A stretch of DNA of 64,000 nt, taken from positions 9,471 to 73,470 of the IMG/VR virus record IMGVR_UViG_3300026484_000065, one strand, 5' to 3'. This stretch comes from a virus. Every line of letters begins with the position of its first letter. The stretch's first letter is position 1. The position numbers and the translations under genes were made by a program. The notes beneath the pieces are model-generated. The model was not told where the DNA came from and made no database searches. It saw only the letters and a program-made list of their open reading frames with translations. Below, in pieces: positions 37,397 through 46,692 of the stretch.

Positions 37397-39988
37397 ATGA
37401 GAGTTCATATTTTCAATAAATTCTCTGACAAGAGAAAAAAGATTTATGAGTGGGACAATAATGATTCGATATTCTATATTCATTATTTATTAGCTAAGTA
37501 TCTCATTGATGGTAGTGAATCATATGTATCGAAACTGTACAAGAAGATAGATTTAAGTGTTGGTACTCTTGATAATATGTATATTAAGAAGTTTATCAAC
37601 GCATTAACTATGTCTGATAGCTCACTTGAAGTTACAGCAACTAGCAAATGCTTATCACAGGAACAAGCTCTGGATACTAATGGTTTATATTCTTTACCTG
37701 AAACAACAGTTCAAAAAGGAACAAATACATTGACTCAATTATTTGGTGGTGTTAGTTTTAGAGGGTACTCAAATAATGGTGGAAGCAGATTGATACTTGG
37801 TACTAAAGATGATGATAAATTTGTTTACAGAGATATTGATTGTAGAAAGCAAGTTGATGTTGGATTTGATGTTGATATTTCAACTCTTCCTGCAGGTGTA
37901 GTATATGCTCTGTATTTGGTACCAATGAAGTTCTATGATGAAGACACTATAAAAGATACAATAAAAAATAATGCTGTAGGAGATATTGTCCTTGATGATG
38001 ATGGGCACTTCAATGGTCTTGAGGATGAATGGGGAATAGGTTATGGGGATGCACAGTATATCCAAGATATGGGAACTATAGAGATAGATATACTTGAATG
38101 CTCTACAACTGGTATGCAAGCTACTTTACATGGGTACATAAGAAATGATGGCGATGACATAATAGAAGATGATGATGGCGTACCGCAATTGGATAGAGCT
38201 GGTATATGGAAGTCTATTCACGGAATGTGCCAAACAGACCAAAATAGATTTGAAGACAATGCTGTTATTTATACTGATTCTTATGGTGACTATAATGCAA
38301 TGACTTTTGGTCCAGGAGAAAGCTTTAAAATAAATTCACTAAAGCCTTTTAGAGTTGAATGTTCGATTTATGGAGGCGAACACCCTCATCATGGAAAAGA
38401 TGATGTCATTAAGATGCAGGTATCAATAATGCAAGGTTCTGAATGTTTCATAATTGAGGTTGAATCAAAAGGATTTCCAGTTGATGCACTAGAAAAAATG
38501 CATCTTGTTAGTGCTATATGGGCTACTGAACATCAGGATTCGATAGGGCAAGATGAAATATTTAAGACATCATGGTGGCTTGATGGTTTTAGATGGGACA
38601 AGGAACCACCAAGAGATTTTAGAGGATGGTGTACCACAAATAGTTCTCATTCAAACATCAAGATAGTACCACATCTAACAAGTGAGGAGAGGTATAGATT
38701 TTATTCATATGCAAATAAATCAATGTTTTTAATAGAGCACAATGATACAAACAGCTATGATAGCTTATTGCCTGTGTATTCTCAGATGTCAAACCTTTCA
38801 ATAGTATGTGATACAGATAATGATGTTATAGATAACGATGATGTTTGGGTACTAGATTATATGTATAGAGGACTCTCTAGCCAGAGCAGTCTGAATAATT
38901 GGCATGGAACATATGGTTCAACATATGGCGTATTTTTTAATAATAAAGATTTAATTTCTGGTGGTAAGAATTATCTATCAAAATATATGGTTAATGTTGA
39001 TGCTGGTACAAGCAAAAAGGCTTATATTGATAAATTAAATACAAATTGGAACGTAGAAGATTCTTTCACTAAGTCACTAAGAAAAACATTGTCTACTGAT
39101 GGTGTAGCTCCAGCAAATGAAAACATTGAGACAACTTTCGATGAAGGAAGTTCTGATGCAAATGTAATAAAAACAACTTTTAAATCAATAGAAGTAAAAA
39201 CAATACGTGATGCAGATTTGTGTATAAACTATGACGATACAGTTCTCGATGTGAAAGTAGAGGATGAGGAGAACGGAAAAGATTTTTATGAGTGGTACTT
39301 TGATTTTGAAGATGAAACAAAAAGCTCAACTTCAATGCATCCATTATGGGATGAACCTTATAGTACCAAAATATGTACTTTTACAACACCAGAGTTTATT
39401 GATTCAAGTGAGCCAAATGCAAGAAAATGGTATATGAAGAAAAATGGAGATGATAACCATTACTCATTCAGTATAAACGATACAGATTATCTTGAAGATG
39501 TTGGTACTCTATCTTTTGAGATACTTTCAGTTGATATGTCTGCATCAACAATTGAGGAACGAGCTGAATCTGCTGAAAATAATTGGCTAAGCGGAAACGG
39601 ATATGGTGAATACAGTCTCAGAGTTGATAGTTATGGAAGAATTGTTATTAATTATCTTAAATGGAATGGTTCTAGCTTTTCTGGAACATCATGGCATAGC
39701 AGGGAATATACAATACTTGTAAACACAAAATATATAGTAACGTTTGTTTTTACGGACAATAAAGAAAAGTTGAATCTGTATTTAAATGGTGTACCTATCG
39801 TTGTATTGGACAGAGGAACTCCTGGAGCTATATTTAAAAATACATCTATGAAATTTGGTCCTGCTGCTGATAGTGGAAAAGTAAACATAACTGCCAGCAT
39901 AGATAAAATCTATATCTCAAACAAGATTCTTGATAAAAATGAAGTTTTTGAGCTGGCAAACAATAAATACAAAATCAAATCGTATTGA
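37397..39988 (+). CDS. tail-region glycoside hydrolase with a GH7-like catalytic domain and C-terminal LamG/ConA-like domain
   Basis: GSRLIL, FDVDISTLPAG..ALYLVPM, GIGYGDAQ, EIDILE, FGPG.SF.I...KPFRV, MHLVSAIW, WLD, RGWC; C-terminal LNLYLNG...IDKIYISNKILD. Confidence 0.8.
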   Translation: MRVHIFNKFSDKRKKIYEWDNNDSIFYIHYLLAKYLIDGSESYVSKLYKKIDLSVGTLDNMYIKKFINALTMSDSSLEVTATSKCLSQEQALDTNGLYSLPETTVQKGTNTLTQLFGGVSFRGYSNNGGSRLILGTKDDDKFVYRDIDCRKQVDVGFDVDISTLPAGVVYALYLVPMKFYDEDTIKDTIKNNAVGDIVLDDDGHFNGLEDEWGIGYGDAQYIQDMGTIEIDILECSTTGMQATLHGYIRNDGDDIIEDDDGVPQLDRAGIWKSIHGMCQTDQNRFEDNAVIYTDSYGDYNAMTFGPGESFKINSLKPFRVECSIYGGEHPHHGKDDVIKMQVSIMQGSECFIIEVESKGFPVDALEKMHLVSAIWATEHQDSIGQDEIFKTSWWLDGFRWDKEPPRDFRGWCTTNSSHSNIKIVPHLTSEERYRFYSYANKSMFLIEHNDTNSYDSLLPVYSQMSNLSIVCDTDNDVIDNDDVWVLDYMYRGLSSQSSLNNWHGTYGSTYGVFFNNKDLISGGKNYLSKYMVNVDAGTSKKAYIDKLNTNWNVEDSFTKSLRKTLSTDGVAPANENIETTFDEGSSDANVIKTTFKSIEVKTIRDADLCINYDDTVLDVKVEDEENGKDFYEWYFDFEDETKSSTSMHPLWDEPYSTKICTFTTPEFIDSSEPNARKWYMKKNGDDNHYSFSINDTDYLEDVGTLSFEILSVDMSASTIEERAESAENNWLSGNGYGEYSLRVDSYGRIVINYLKWNGSSFSGTSWHSREYTILVNTKYIVTFVFTDNKEKLNLYLNGVPIVVLDRGTPGAIFKNTSMKFGPAADSGKVNITASIDKIYISNKILDKNEVFELANNKYKIKSY

Positions 39989-40044
39989 TTTATGTATAAT
40001 TACAGAATTGCTGTATGCAATAAAACAAACACAAAGGAACACAT

Positions 40045-40287
40045 ATGAGAAGTGTTAAGTTAAAATACAAACAATGGGTACAGGTGAGTGATGATAAATG
40101 CTCGTACCAAAACAGAGCAAAGCATGAAGTTCTTATGAGCACAAGTGTTGATGAGCCAGTAAGCACAGAAGAAGCTTTTACTTTCAAGGCAGGAGAGTTT
40201 GGGTCTTTTGAGTCGTCAAATAGTTCAAAGCTATGGGCATATAGCGATGTGTTAAGCAATGGATATATTTCCGTAGAGGATGAATAA
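40045..40287 (+). CDS. hypothetical protein
   Basis: 80 aa, AAGGA RBS, upstream TATAAT box. Confidence 0.7.
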   Translation: MRSVKLKYKQWVQVSDDKCSYQNRAKHEVLMSTSVDEPVSTEEAFTFKAGEFGSFESSNSSKLWAYSDVLSNGYISVEDE

Positions 40288-43200
40288 ATGATTGCTAAAG
40301 GATTTGATAATAAAACAGGAATCACGCTAGGTAGCGGGTCTGATGTTTCTAAAGATAAAGCAATTTATGATGCTTCAGATTCAATAGATGGCATACTGGA
40401 TATTTCGTATAATGCTTATGGGTACACAAAAGAACTGAAGAAAAGTGAAAGGTTTGAGGAGACAAATACTCCTTATATTATTCAAGAAAAGGGTGGAGAC
40501 GCCATTAGATTTAGTAAAGGATTAGTAAAAAGAAATAATGCAGAAAACATTCATTTGCCCTTAGCTCCTTTTGCTGATGGTTCAACAGATGAGTTGCTGA
40601 GCCATAGTGACAATGGTTTTGAAACACAGGTGGACCACAAAGCTGGAGACATTATTCATTGTGGAGATGGTGCAGAGTTGGTTAGTAATGGTACGTTTGA
40701 CAGTGATGTAGATGGATGGGAGGCACATAATGCAGATATTAGCTCAGAAAGTGGAAAGCTAAAGGTTGATGACAGTGCAGATAGTGGAGGCAATAGTTGT
40801 GCTTCGCAAAGCTTAAGCCTAGTTGCTGGTGTTAAATATTTAATACGAGTAGATTTAATTGATGCTACTGATACTACATATGTTCAAATAGGCTCATCAT
40901 CATCAAAATATGAAACGTTAGAGAGAGTGCTTTCGCTTGGAGACAACTCGTTTGAGTTTACCGCAGATGATAAATCTACAAACATAAACTTAGTGGTTGC
41001 AAACGACAAGATAGCTTACTTTGACAACATCTCAGTAAAACCAGTTGAACAAACATATCAATCATTAGTACCAACAACTAGCGGAGATTTAGTCACAGAT
41101 GGTACAAGGTTCTCAAAGATTGATTTTGTTTCAAGACAAGATGTAATCTTCATTGGAGAAGATGGTAAATATAAAACAATCAAAGGTTATCATAACTTCC
41201 CAGCTGGCTTTAGTGCAGATGATGTAGCTAATGCTTATGGGTTTACTAAAAAAGGTAAAGGTTTATTTGAAGTAAATGATTTAGAATGTGTTGGAGATGA
41301 TGGAGTTGCAACTACTTATACTGGAGAGATTACAAGCATTAGTTTAGTTAGCAGATTGAATGCAGGTGCTTATCATCCTGCTCACAACGCATTTGGTACT
41401 TCAGCAACTTCCGAAACTGATGACCCTGGCAGTATTTCCGCAAGAAGCTGGTATTCTCGTGACGCCTACAACATTACAAGCACTTACGAAACATTTGAGA
41501 CCTGTGAGCTTGAAGATGATGTAGCAAAAGGCAGTAGAAATTACCGAAACTACATAAATGAGTCTGAAGATAACTCATATAGACCTGATAAGAAACATTG
41601 TGATAAAGTTTATTTTGAGGGACTTGGTGGATTAATTTTCAGAAATACGTTGGCTATTAAACCAAATAAAAAAGATTTATTGGAAGATGAAACTAACGAG
41701 CTAGTTGATGTTGATGAGATGAATGAAGAGTGTGGTGTTAGGTGTAAAATGATTAAAGGTAACTCGGCTTACCTGTGGGGTTCAAATAATGGAAAAACAA
41801 ATGAGGTTAGATTTACAGGATTAGTAGATACTTCTACAATAAGCATTGGAACTGGTTTGAGTGGATACTACTTAGTATCAGGCACAGTACACGCAGTTAG
41901 AGGAACTGTTACATCTATGCTAGATAATAGTTGGGTTACAATAACAGTAGATAGTGGTTTGACCAATGGAAATACTGGTGCATCAGATAGATATGGTGTT
42001 GATGCAGTGCTGACAACACCATTGAATCAGCTCCTTCAACAGGGCAAAGTATTAACTATTGATGTTGTAGGTAATCCAGCTAAATATTCTATTTCAGATA
42101 GCCCAGATGAATTACATTCAGACTCAACAGATAGTGGAGAGTTATTGAGACACGGTGCATTGTGTTGGAATGTAGACACAAATAAAATGTATATTTACCT
42201 AGATACAGATGACAGAGACAATGTGGATATGACAGCTGAAGACTTTAATGATGTAGCCAAATATAAGTATGTTATTGGACGCTATCCTGATAGTTGGCAC
42301 AATAGATTAGATAGTGGTCTGAGTTTGCCTTTTAATCCGTTACTAGTTGGGCAAGAGGGTAAGAATTACATACCTAGAGATATATCGAATCTCACAATAC
42401 TTAGTAAAAAATCAAAACAATACTATTTGCTTTCGTGGAATGTAAAGGATAGTGATAAAACATTTTTTAATCGAGGAATTTATCCCCCACACCTAGAATC
42501 TAGCAAGGTGAATCACGTTTTACAACGCGGCACTTTTAAAACAAATATGGTTAGTGCCATTTTTTATCATTCTCTACCAACTCCAACAACACAATCAGAC
42601 CCTAAACAGGTATTGATGGTAAGTGATAAAGTATTGGCATCGAATTCACTTTCTTGGTATCAAGGTGGGGGCATTGTTAATGCTGTAACTGGCAAGGTAA
42701 GTGTAGGAAACAACGAAATTACAGAAGTGAATAGTCTAAATGGTTCCGTATGCGCAGATGGCTCAATAAAAGGAAAACTAGGGCACTCAACAATAAACCT
42801 AGACAATAGCAACTCTCCAGCTGCTAAAGCATTTACAACTTTGTGTGTAGATGATAATGATGAGTTGCTTATAGGTCTTGTTGGTGAGGAGATAGTATGG
42901 GATTTTGAAGATGGTACACCGCATACATTTATTAGCTGGGACAAGGATGATGATGAAGAAATAACATTGGTTAAAAATAGCATATATGTGTTCATACCAG
43001 AAAATCCAAATGGTACAAATAAAAATAGGATTGATAATATATTCGCTAACAGAGTATATAGATATATTGGCGATGGGATGACAATAAACAGAAATGATGT
43101 TTATAGCTTAAAATTTAAGCTAGACAACGGTGGAGGTTCAAACTTTGGAAACATGATGATTCTTCCAGACGGAACACTTATGTACACTGGTGGAGCAAAA

Positions 43201-43344
43201 TGTATTAACTTTGAGCTGTGGGGCGGCAATGGCTTTGGAGATAATCGAAAATTCAATCAGTTGGCAAATGGAACTGTGACCGACCTAAATGGAAATGCAG
43301 TTAGAACATACAATGGTTTTAAAAGAACTGGTTACTATATTTAA
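40288..43344 (+). CDS. tail fiber / receptor-binding protein with a CBM-like domain
   Basis: 1018 aa, Gly/Asp/Ser-rich; ELVSNGTFDSDVDGW...YFDNISVK jelly-roll motif; followed by a chaperone-like gene. Confidence 0.75.
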   Translation: MIAKGFDNKTGITLGSGSDVSKDKAIYDASDSIDGILDISYNAYGYTKELKKSERFEETNTPYIIQEKGGDAIRFSKGLVKRNNAENIHLPLAPFADGSTDELLSHSDNGFETQVDHKAGDIIHCGDGAELVSNGTFDSDVDGWEAHNADISSESGKLKVDDSADSGGNSCASQSLSLVAGVKYLIRVDLIDATDTTYVQIGSSSSKYETLERVLSLGDNSFEFTADDKSTNINLVVANDKIAYFDNISVKPVEQTYQSLVPTTSGDLVTDGTRFSKIDFVSRQDVIFIGEDGKYKTIKGYHNFPAGFSADDVANAYGFTKKGKGLFEVNDLECVGDDGVATTYTGEITSISLVSRLNAGAYHPAHNAFGTSATSETDDPGSISARSWYSRDAYNITSTYETFETCELEDDVAKGSRNYRNYINESEDNSYRPDKKHCDKVYFEGLGGLIFRNTLAIKPNKKDLLEDETNELVDVDEMNEECGVRCKMIKGNSAYLWGSNNGKTNEVRFTGLVDTSTISIGTGLSGYYLVSGTVHAVRGTVTSMLDNSWVTITVDSGLTNGNTGASDRYGVDAVLTTPLNQLLQQGKVLTIDVVGNPAKYSISDSPDELHSDSTDSGELLRHGALCWNVDTNKMYIYLDTDDRDNVDMTAEDFNDVAKYKYVIGRYPDSWHNRLDSGLSLPFNPLLVGQEGKNYIPRDISNLTILSKKSKQYYLLSWNVKDSDKTFFNRGIYPPHLESSKVNHVLQRGTFKTNMVSAIFYHSLPTPTTQSDPKQVLMVSDKVLASNSLSWYQGGGIVNAVTGKVSVGNNEITEVNSLNGSVCADGSIKGKLGHSTINLDNSNSPAAKAFTTLCVDDNDELLIGLVGEEIVWDFEDGTPHTFISWDKDDDEEITLVKNSIYVFIPENPNGTNKNRIDNIFANRVYRYIGDGMTINRNDVYSLKFKLDNGGGSNFGNMMILPDGTLMYTGGAKCINFELWGGNGFGDNRKFNQLANGTVTDLNGNAVRTYNGFKRTGYYI

Positions 43345-43351
43345 AGGGTGA

Positions 43352-43966
43352 ATGATGCTAGATAGAATTAAATTAGCTTTAGAACAAAATAAAGAAAAAG
43401 GTGCAAAGGTTCTCATTAGAGAATACTTTGCCAACCAGCATAAAGATAAATGGCTAGAAGATAAACGTAAAAACTATGAAGAGCTTAAATTAGATATTAC
43501 ATTTGATGAATGGTTAAACGAAGAAGTTGTGGTACAAGAAGCTACGGAAGATGAGCCAGAGATTACTGAATTAGTCAGAGAATATATGCTGCCGACCGAT
43601 GAAGAATTTGAAGAATATTTAAATAACTCTTATTTATGGAAAGAGTACCAAACAAAGAAAGCTAAAGAAGCAAAAGCTAATTTACTAGCTACTATGAAAG
43701 TAGAGTTAGACAACTTAGAACTACAAGCTGATAGTACTTCATTAGTATATATGAATAGTGTTGGTACTATTGCAAGTAAATATTTTAACAAATTGCTTGC
43801 TAGCGGAGCAAATGCAGAAGATGCTTATAGAACTATTTATATAGAGACAACTATCGACTGGAAAGATGCAAATAACACAGTCAATCCAGTTAGCGTAGAA
43901 ACTATTATTGATGGACTAGAATTAGCTGTTAGAAAGGTAGGCGAAATTGTTAAACAAAATTCTTAG
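43352..43966 (+). CDS. tail fiber assembly protein (DUF4376-like)
   Basis: LQADSTS..M, IDWKDANN motif. Confidence 0.65.
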   Translation: MMLDRIKLALEQNKEKGAKVLIREYFANQHKDKWLEDKRKNYEELKLDITFDEWLNEEVVVQEATEDEPEITELVREYMLPTDEEFEEYLNNSYLWKEYQTKKAKEAKANLLATMKVELDNLELQADSTSLVYMNSVGTIASKYFNKLLASGANAEDAYRTIYIETTIDWKDANNTVNPVSVETIIDGLELAVRKVGEIVKQNS

Positions 43967-44231
43967 ATACCCAGAAAAAATCCCATCGGATAAAAGACTT
44001 CACGCCTTAATCGGCGTTGTCTTGTCATCTATATTGCTAAGCCTCAATATTAATCTGTATATTTTTATTGCAGTTTTATTTATTGTAGCTTGGGGAATTG
44101 AGTATTACCAACTCGCTACAAAGAGTGGAAACTTTGACCACTATGATGCAATAGCAGTGGTTGTTGGAGGATTGTTGGTGCTAGCTCCATATCTATTGAA
44201 GGGCTATAATGAAGTTAATTTTTTATGGTAA
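43947..44231 (+). CDS. small membrane protein (VanZ-like)
   Basis: DKRLHALIG, GIEYYQ, DAIAVVVGG; three hydrophobic segments. Confidence 0.6.
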   Translation: MLNKILRYPEKIPSDKRLHALIGVVLSSILLSLNINLYIFIAVLFIVAWGIEYYQLATKSGNFDHYDAIAVVVGGLLVLAPYLLKGYNEVNFLW

Positions 44232-44739
44232 TCAAAAAGGGAACTGGATAGATAAACTAATTAGATGGTGGACTTCTCCACTATCTTGGAAGCTTAACGG
44301 TGATTGGAAGTATGCTCCTAGTCACGTAGAGATACTTTTCAGCGATGGGTTAATGTTTTCTGCTAGTGGAAGAGAAAATAAAGCAAGATTTAAAAAGCAT
44401 AATCCAAAAGGTAAAGCTTGGATAAGAGTTCCTAGCGAAACAGACAGAGCTAGTGAAGCAATTGTAAGATTGTTTTGTACTAGTTTGGCTGGAAGAAGTT
44501 ACGATTATGCTGGTGTATCTGGCTTTGCATTGCCGATTAAGCAAGATAAACGAAAATGGTTTTGTAGTGAAATAACTACAAGAGCATTACAGCAACTAGA
44601 TATTAGTGAACTAAAGTGCTTGGTACCACACAAAACAAGCCCGTTAGATTTATTATTGGCTACTGGAGCCGAATTTGATAGTAAATTTAAAGAGTGGAAA
44701 ATCAAGCCATTAAAGGTTTTAAATGAACTTGGAAGTTAG
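44209..44739 (+). CDS. permuted papain-like (YiiX/NlpC-P60) amidase
   Basis: SHVEI (His), GRSYDYAG, KWFCSE (Cys), SPLDL. Confidence 0.8.
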   Translation: MKLIFYGNQKGNWIDKLIRWWTSPLSWKLNGDWKYAPSHVEILFSDGLMFSASGRENKARFKKHNPKGKAWIRVPSETDRASEAIVRLFCTSLAGRSYDYAGVSGFALPIKQDKRKWFCSEITTRALQQLDISELKCLVPHKTSPLDLLLATGAEFDSKFKEWKIKPLKVLNELGS

Positions 44740-45121
44740 TACATTAATAGAGATAGTTGGGGTTATATTTGCTATATACGGTAGCTTTGTTGTATCTAAA
44801 TTTAAAGTGTCGGCACTTGAGGAAAGAATGGAAAAAATGAACGCCCAAATAGATATTGCAAACGACTTTATGACGAGTAATGTTAGAAGACTTGAGCATT
44901 ATGACAAAATAGAAGATGCTATGTTTAGAAAATTAGATAGGTACGGCACGGATATAACAACGTTAAAAGAAGCTGTAAATCAGAGTGTAACAATAAAAGA
45001 CGTAAGTGACCAATTTACACATATATCTGAATATTTAGCACAAAAAGAGTGTATGAACTCAGATATAAAGAAGTTGGAACATAGAATTCATAGACTAGAA
45101 GAAAGAATATATCATAGCTAG
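44723..45121 (+). CDS. N-terminal TM plus coiled-coil protein (lysis module)
   Basis: Single N-terminal hydrophobic helix followed by heptad-like sequence. Confidence 0.6.
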   Translation: MNLEVSTLIEIVGVIFAIYGSFVVSKFKVSALEERMEKMNAQIDIANDFMTSNVRRLEHYDKIEDAMFRKLDRYGTDITTLKEAVNQSVTIKDVSDQFTHISEYLAQKECMNSDIKKLEHRIHRLEERIYHS

Positions 45122-45142
45122 AGTTCAATTAAAGGATAAATA

Positions 45143-46069
45143 ATGTTTGGATTAAGTATTTTAGAGACCGTAGTAGATGGAGTAAAAGACCACTTTAAAG
45201 GCAAGCAAGAATTGAAGAAGCTAGAGGCAGAAGCCAAAAAGAAAATCTTAGAAGTTGAAACACAAGCTAAGGTTGCAACACAACAAGCTAAGATTGACAT
45301 GTTGAGAGCTTCACAAGACAATGATTTTAAGCTAGATATGATAGCTATGCAGTCTATGAACAAGTCTTGGAAAGATGAATTTATACTAGCAGTATTCACA
45401 GCGCCATTAGTTTTAGCATTTGTACCATCAGCACAAGGCTATATAATGGGAGGGTTTCAACTAATGGAGTTTATACCCGAATGGTGGATTTATCTAGTTA
45501 TAGGCATGGTTGTGAGTATTATGGGACTTAGAGGACTACTTCACGAGTTTATGAAGAATAAGCCTAAACTTAGTTTTGGTGGCAAATCAGTACCAAAAAA
45601 AGAAGTGTTTCATTCTCCAGCTAATCCAAAGGAATTAGTTAGCAACTACAAGTCTAAGTACTTTAAGATTGAAGAGTTGGTACCAAAAGAGTTATATGAG
45701 AAACACAGTGAAAATGAATTATGGAGCATGTTAGATGATAGGTTGTTAAAAGATTTAGACAAGCTAAAAGAAGTATTTGACAAAGGAACAATGACTATTA
45801 ATAATTGGAAATGGGGCGGTAATCGTAACTGGTCTGGGATAAGAACAGAAGGCAGTCCTTACTATAGTTCAGGAAGTATGCACTCATTTGGCAAAGCCTT
45901 TGATATCATATTTAGTGATTATGGGGCAGAGGAAGTTAGAAAGCACATAAAGGAACATAAAGAAGAATTTCCGGCTATTAAAGGTTTGGAACACAAAAAG
46001 AATGGCGAGCCGATTAGTTGGGTACACTTAGATACTAAAGACAGAGGACATCTGTTTTTTAATGTTTAA
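45143..46069 (+). CDS. holin-like domain fused to an M15-type peptidase endolysin
   Basis: SWKDEFILAVFTAPLVLAFVP...WWIYLVIG holin pattern; YFKIEELV, SGIR, SMHSFGKAFD, WVHLD zinc-peptidase motifs. Confidence 0.85.
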   Translation: MFGLSILETVVDGVKDHFKGKQELKKLEAEAKKKILEVETQAKVATQQAKIDMLRASQDNDFKLDMIAMQSMNKSWKDEFILAVFTAPLVLAFVPSAQGYIMGGFQLMEFIPEWWIYLVIGMVVSIMGLRGLLHEFMKNKPKLSFGGKSVPKKEVFHSPANPKELVSNYKSKYFKIEELVPKELYEKHSENELWSMLDDRLLKDLDKLKEVFDKGTMTINNWKWGGNRNWSGIRTEGSPYYSSGSMHSFGKAFDIIFSDYGAEEVRKHIKEHKEEFPAIKGLEHKKNGEPISWVHLDTKDRGHLFFNV

Positions 46070-46085
46070 CACAAAAGGATAAAAA

Positions 46086-46682
46086 ATGAGTTATTATGAA
46101 ACAATACAAGAGACATATGATGCTCTTAAAGACAAAGTTATATCAGATCTTAATGATCAGTTTACAGCTGGTAGAATAAGAGGTACTGAGTATGCAGACG
46201 TGTATGCTCAGCTAATGCAGATAATTATACAAGAATCATCTAGAGCTCCAGAGGCTGTATACAATGCTGAAAATATTCTTCCTGCACAAAAACTAAAAAT
46301 TGATTCAGAGATAAAGAATATGGAAACTGCAACTTCTAAGGTTAATCTTGAGATGACTACATTGGTACCAGCTCAAGAAGCTAAATATAGATCAGACATT
46401 GCGTACCAAAACAAGATGACAGATAAAACAGCATATGAATTATCTTTTATACTTCCTAAGCAAAGAGATCAATTGGAAGCTAGTTCAATGGCTAATAATG
46501 CTCAAGCTGCATTAACAACAAGACAGACAAAAGCTTTTGATGACAATGTAAAGCAGAAGGCTCTTGAGACTGTTATTGGTGTATGGGGTGTTGCTTATTC
46601 AGCTGGAAAAACAGAAACTATGCTAAGCATAGCATCTGATGCAAATGTGTCTGACCTGTATAATTCATTAATAAATACATAG
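46086..46682 (+). CDS. virion structural protein (N4 gp54-like)
   Basis: AGRIRGTEYADVY motif, Gln/Ala-rich helical sequence. Confidence 0.6.
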   Translation: MSYYETIQETYDALKDKVISDLNDQFTAGRIRGTEYADVYAQLMQIIIQESSRAPEAVYNAENILPAQKLKIDSEIKNMETATSKVNLEMTTLVPAQEAKYRSDIAYQNKMTDKTAYELSFILPKQRDQLEASSMANNAQAALTTRQTKAFDDNVKQKALETVIGVWGVAYSAGKTETMLSIASDANVSDLYNSLINT

Positions 46683-46692
46683 GTACAAAACA

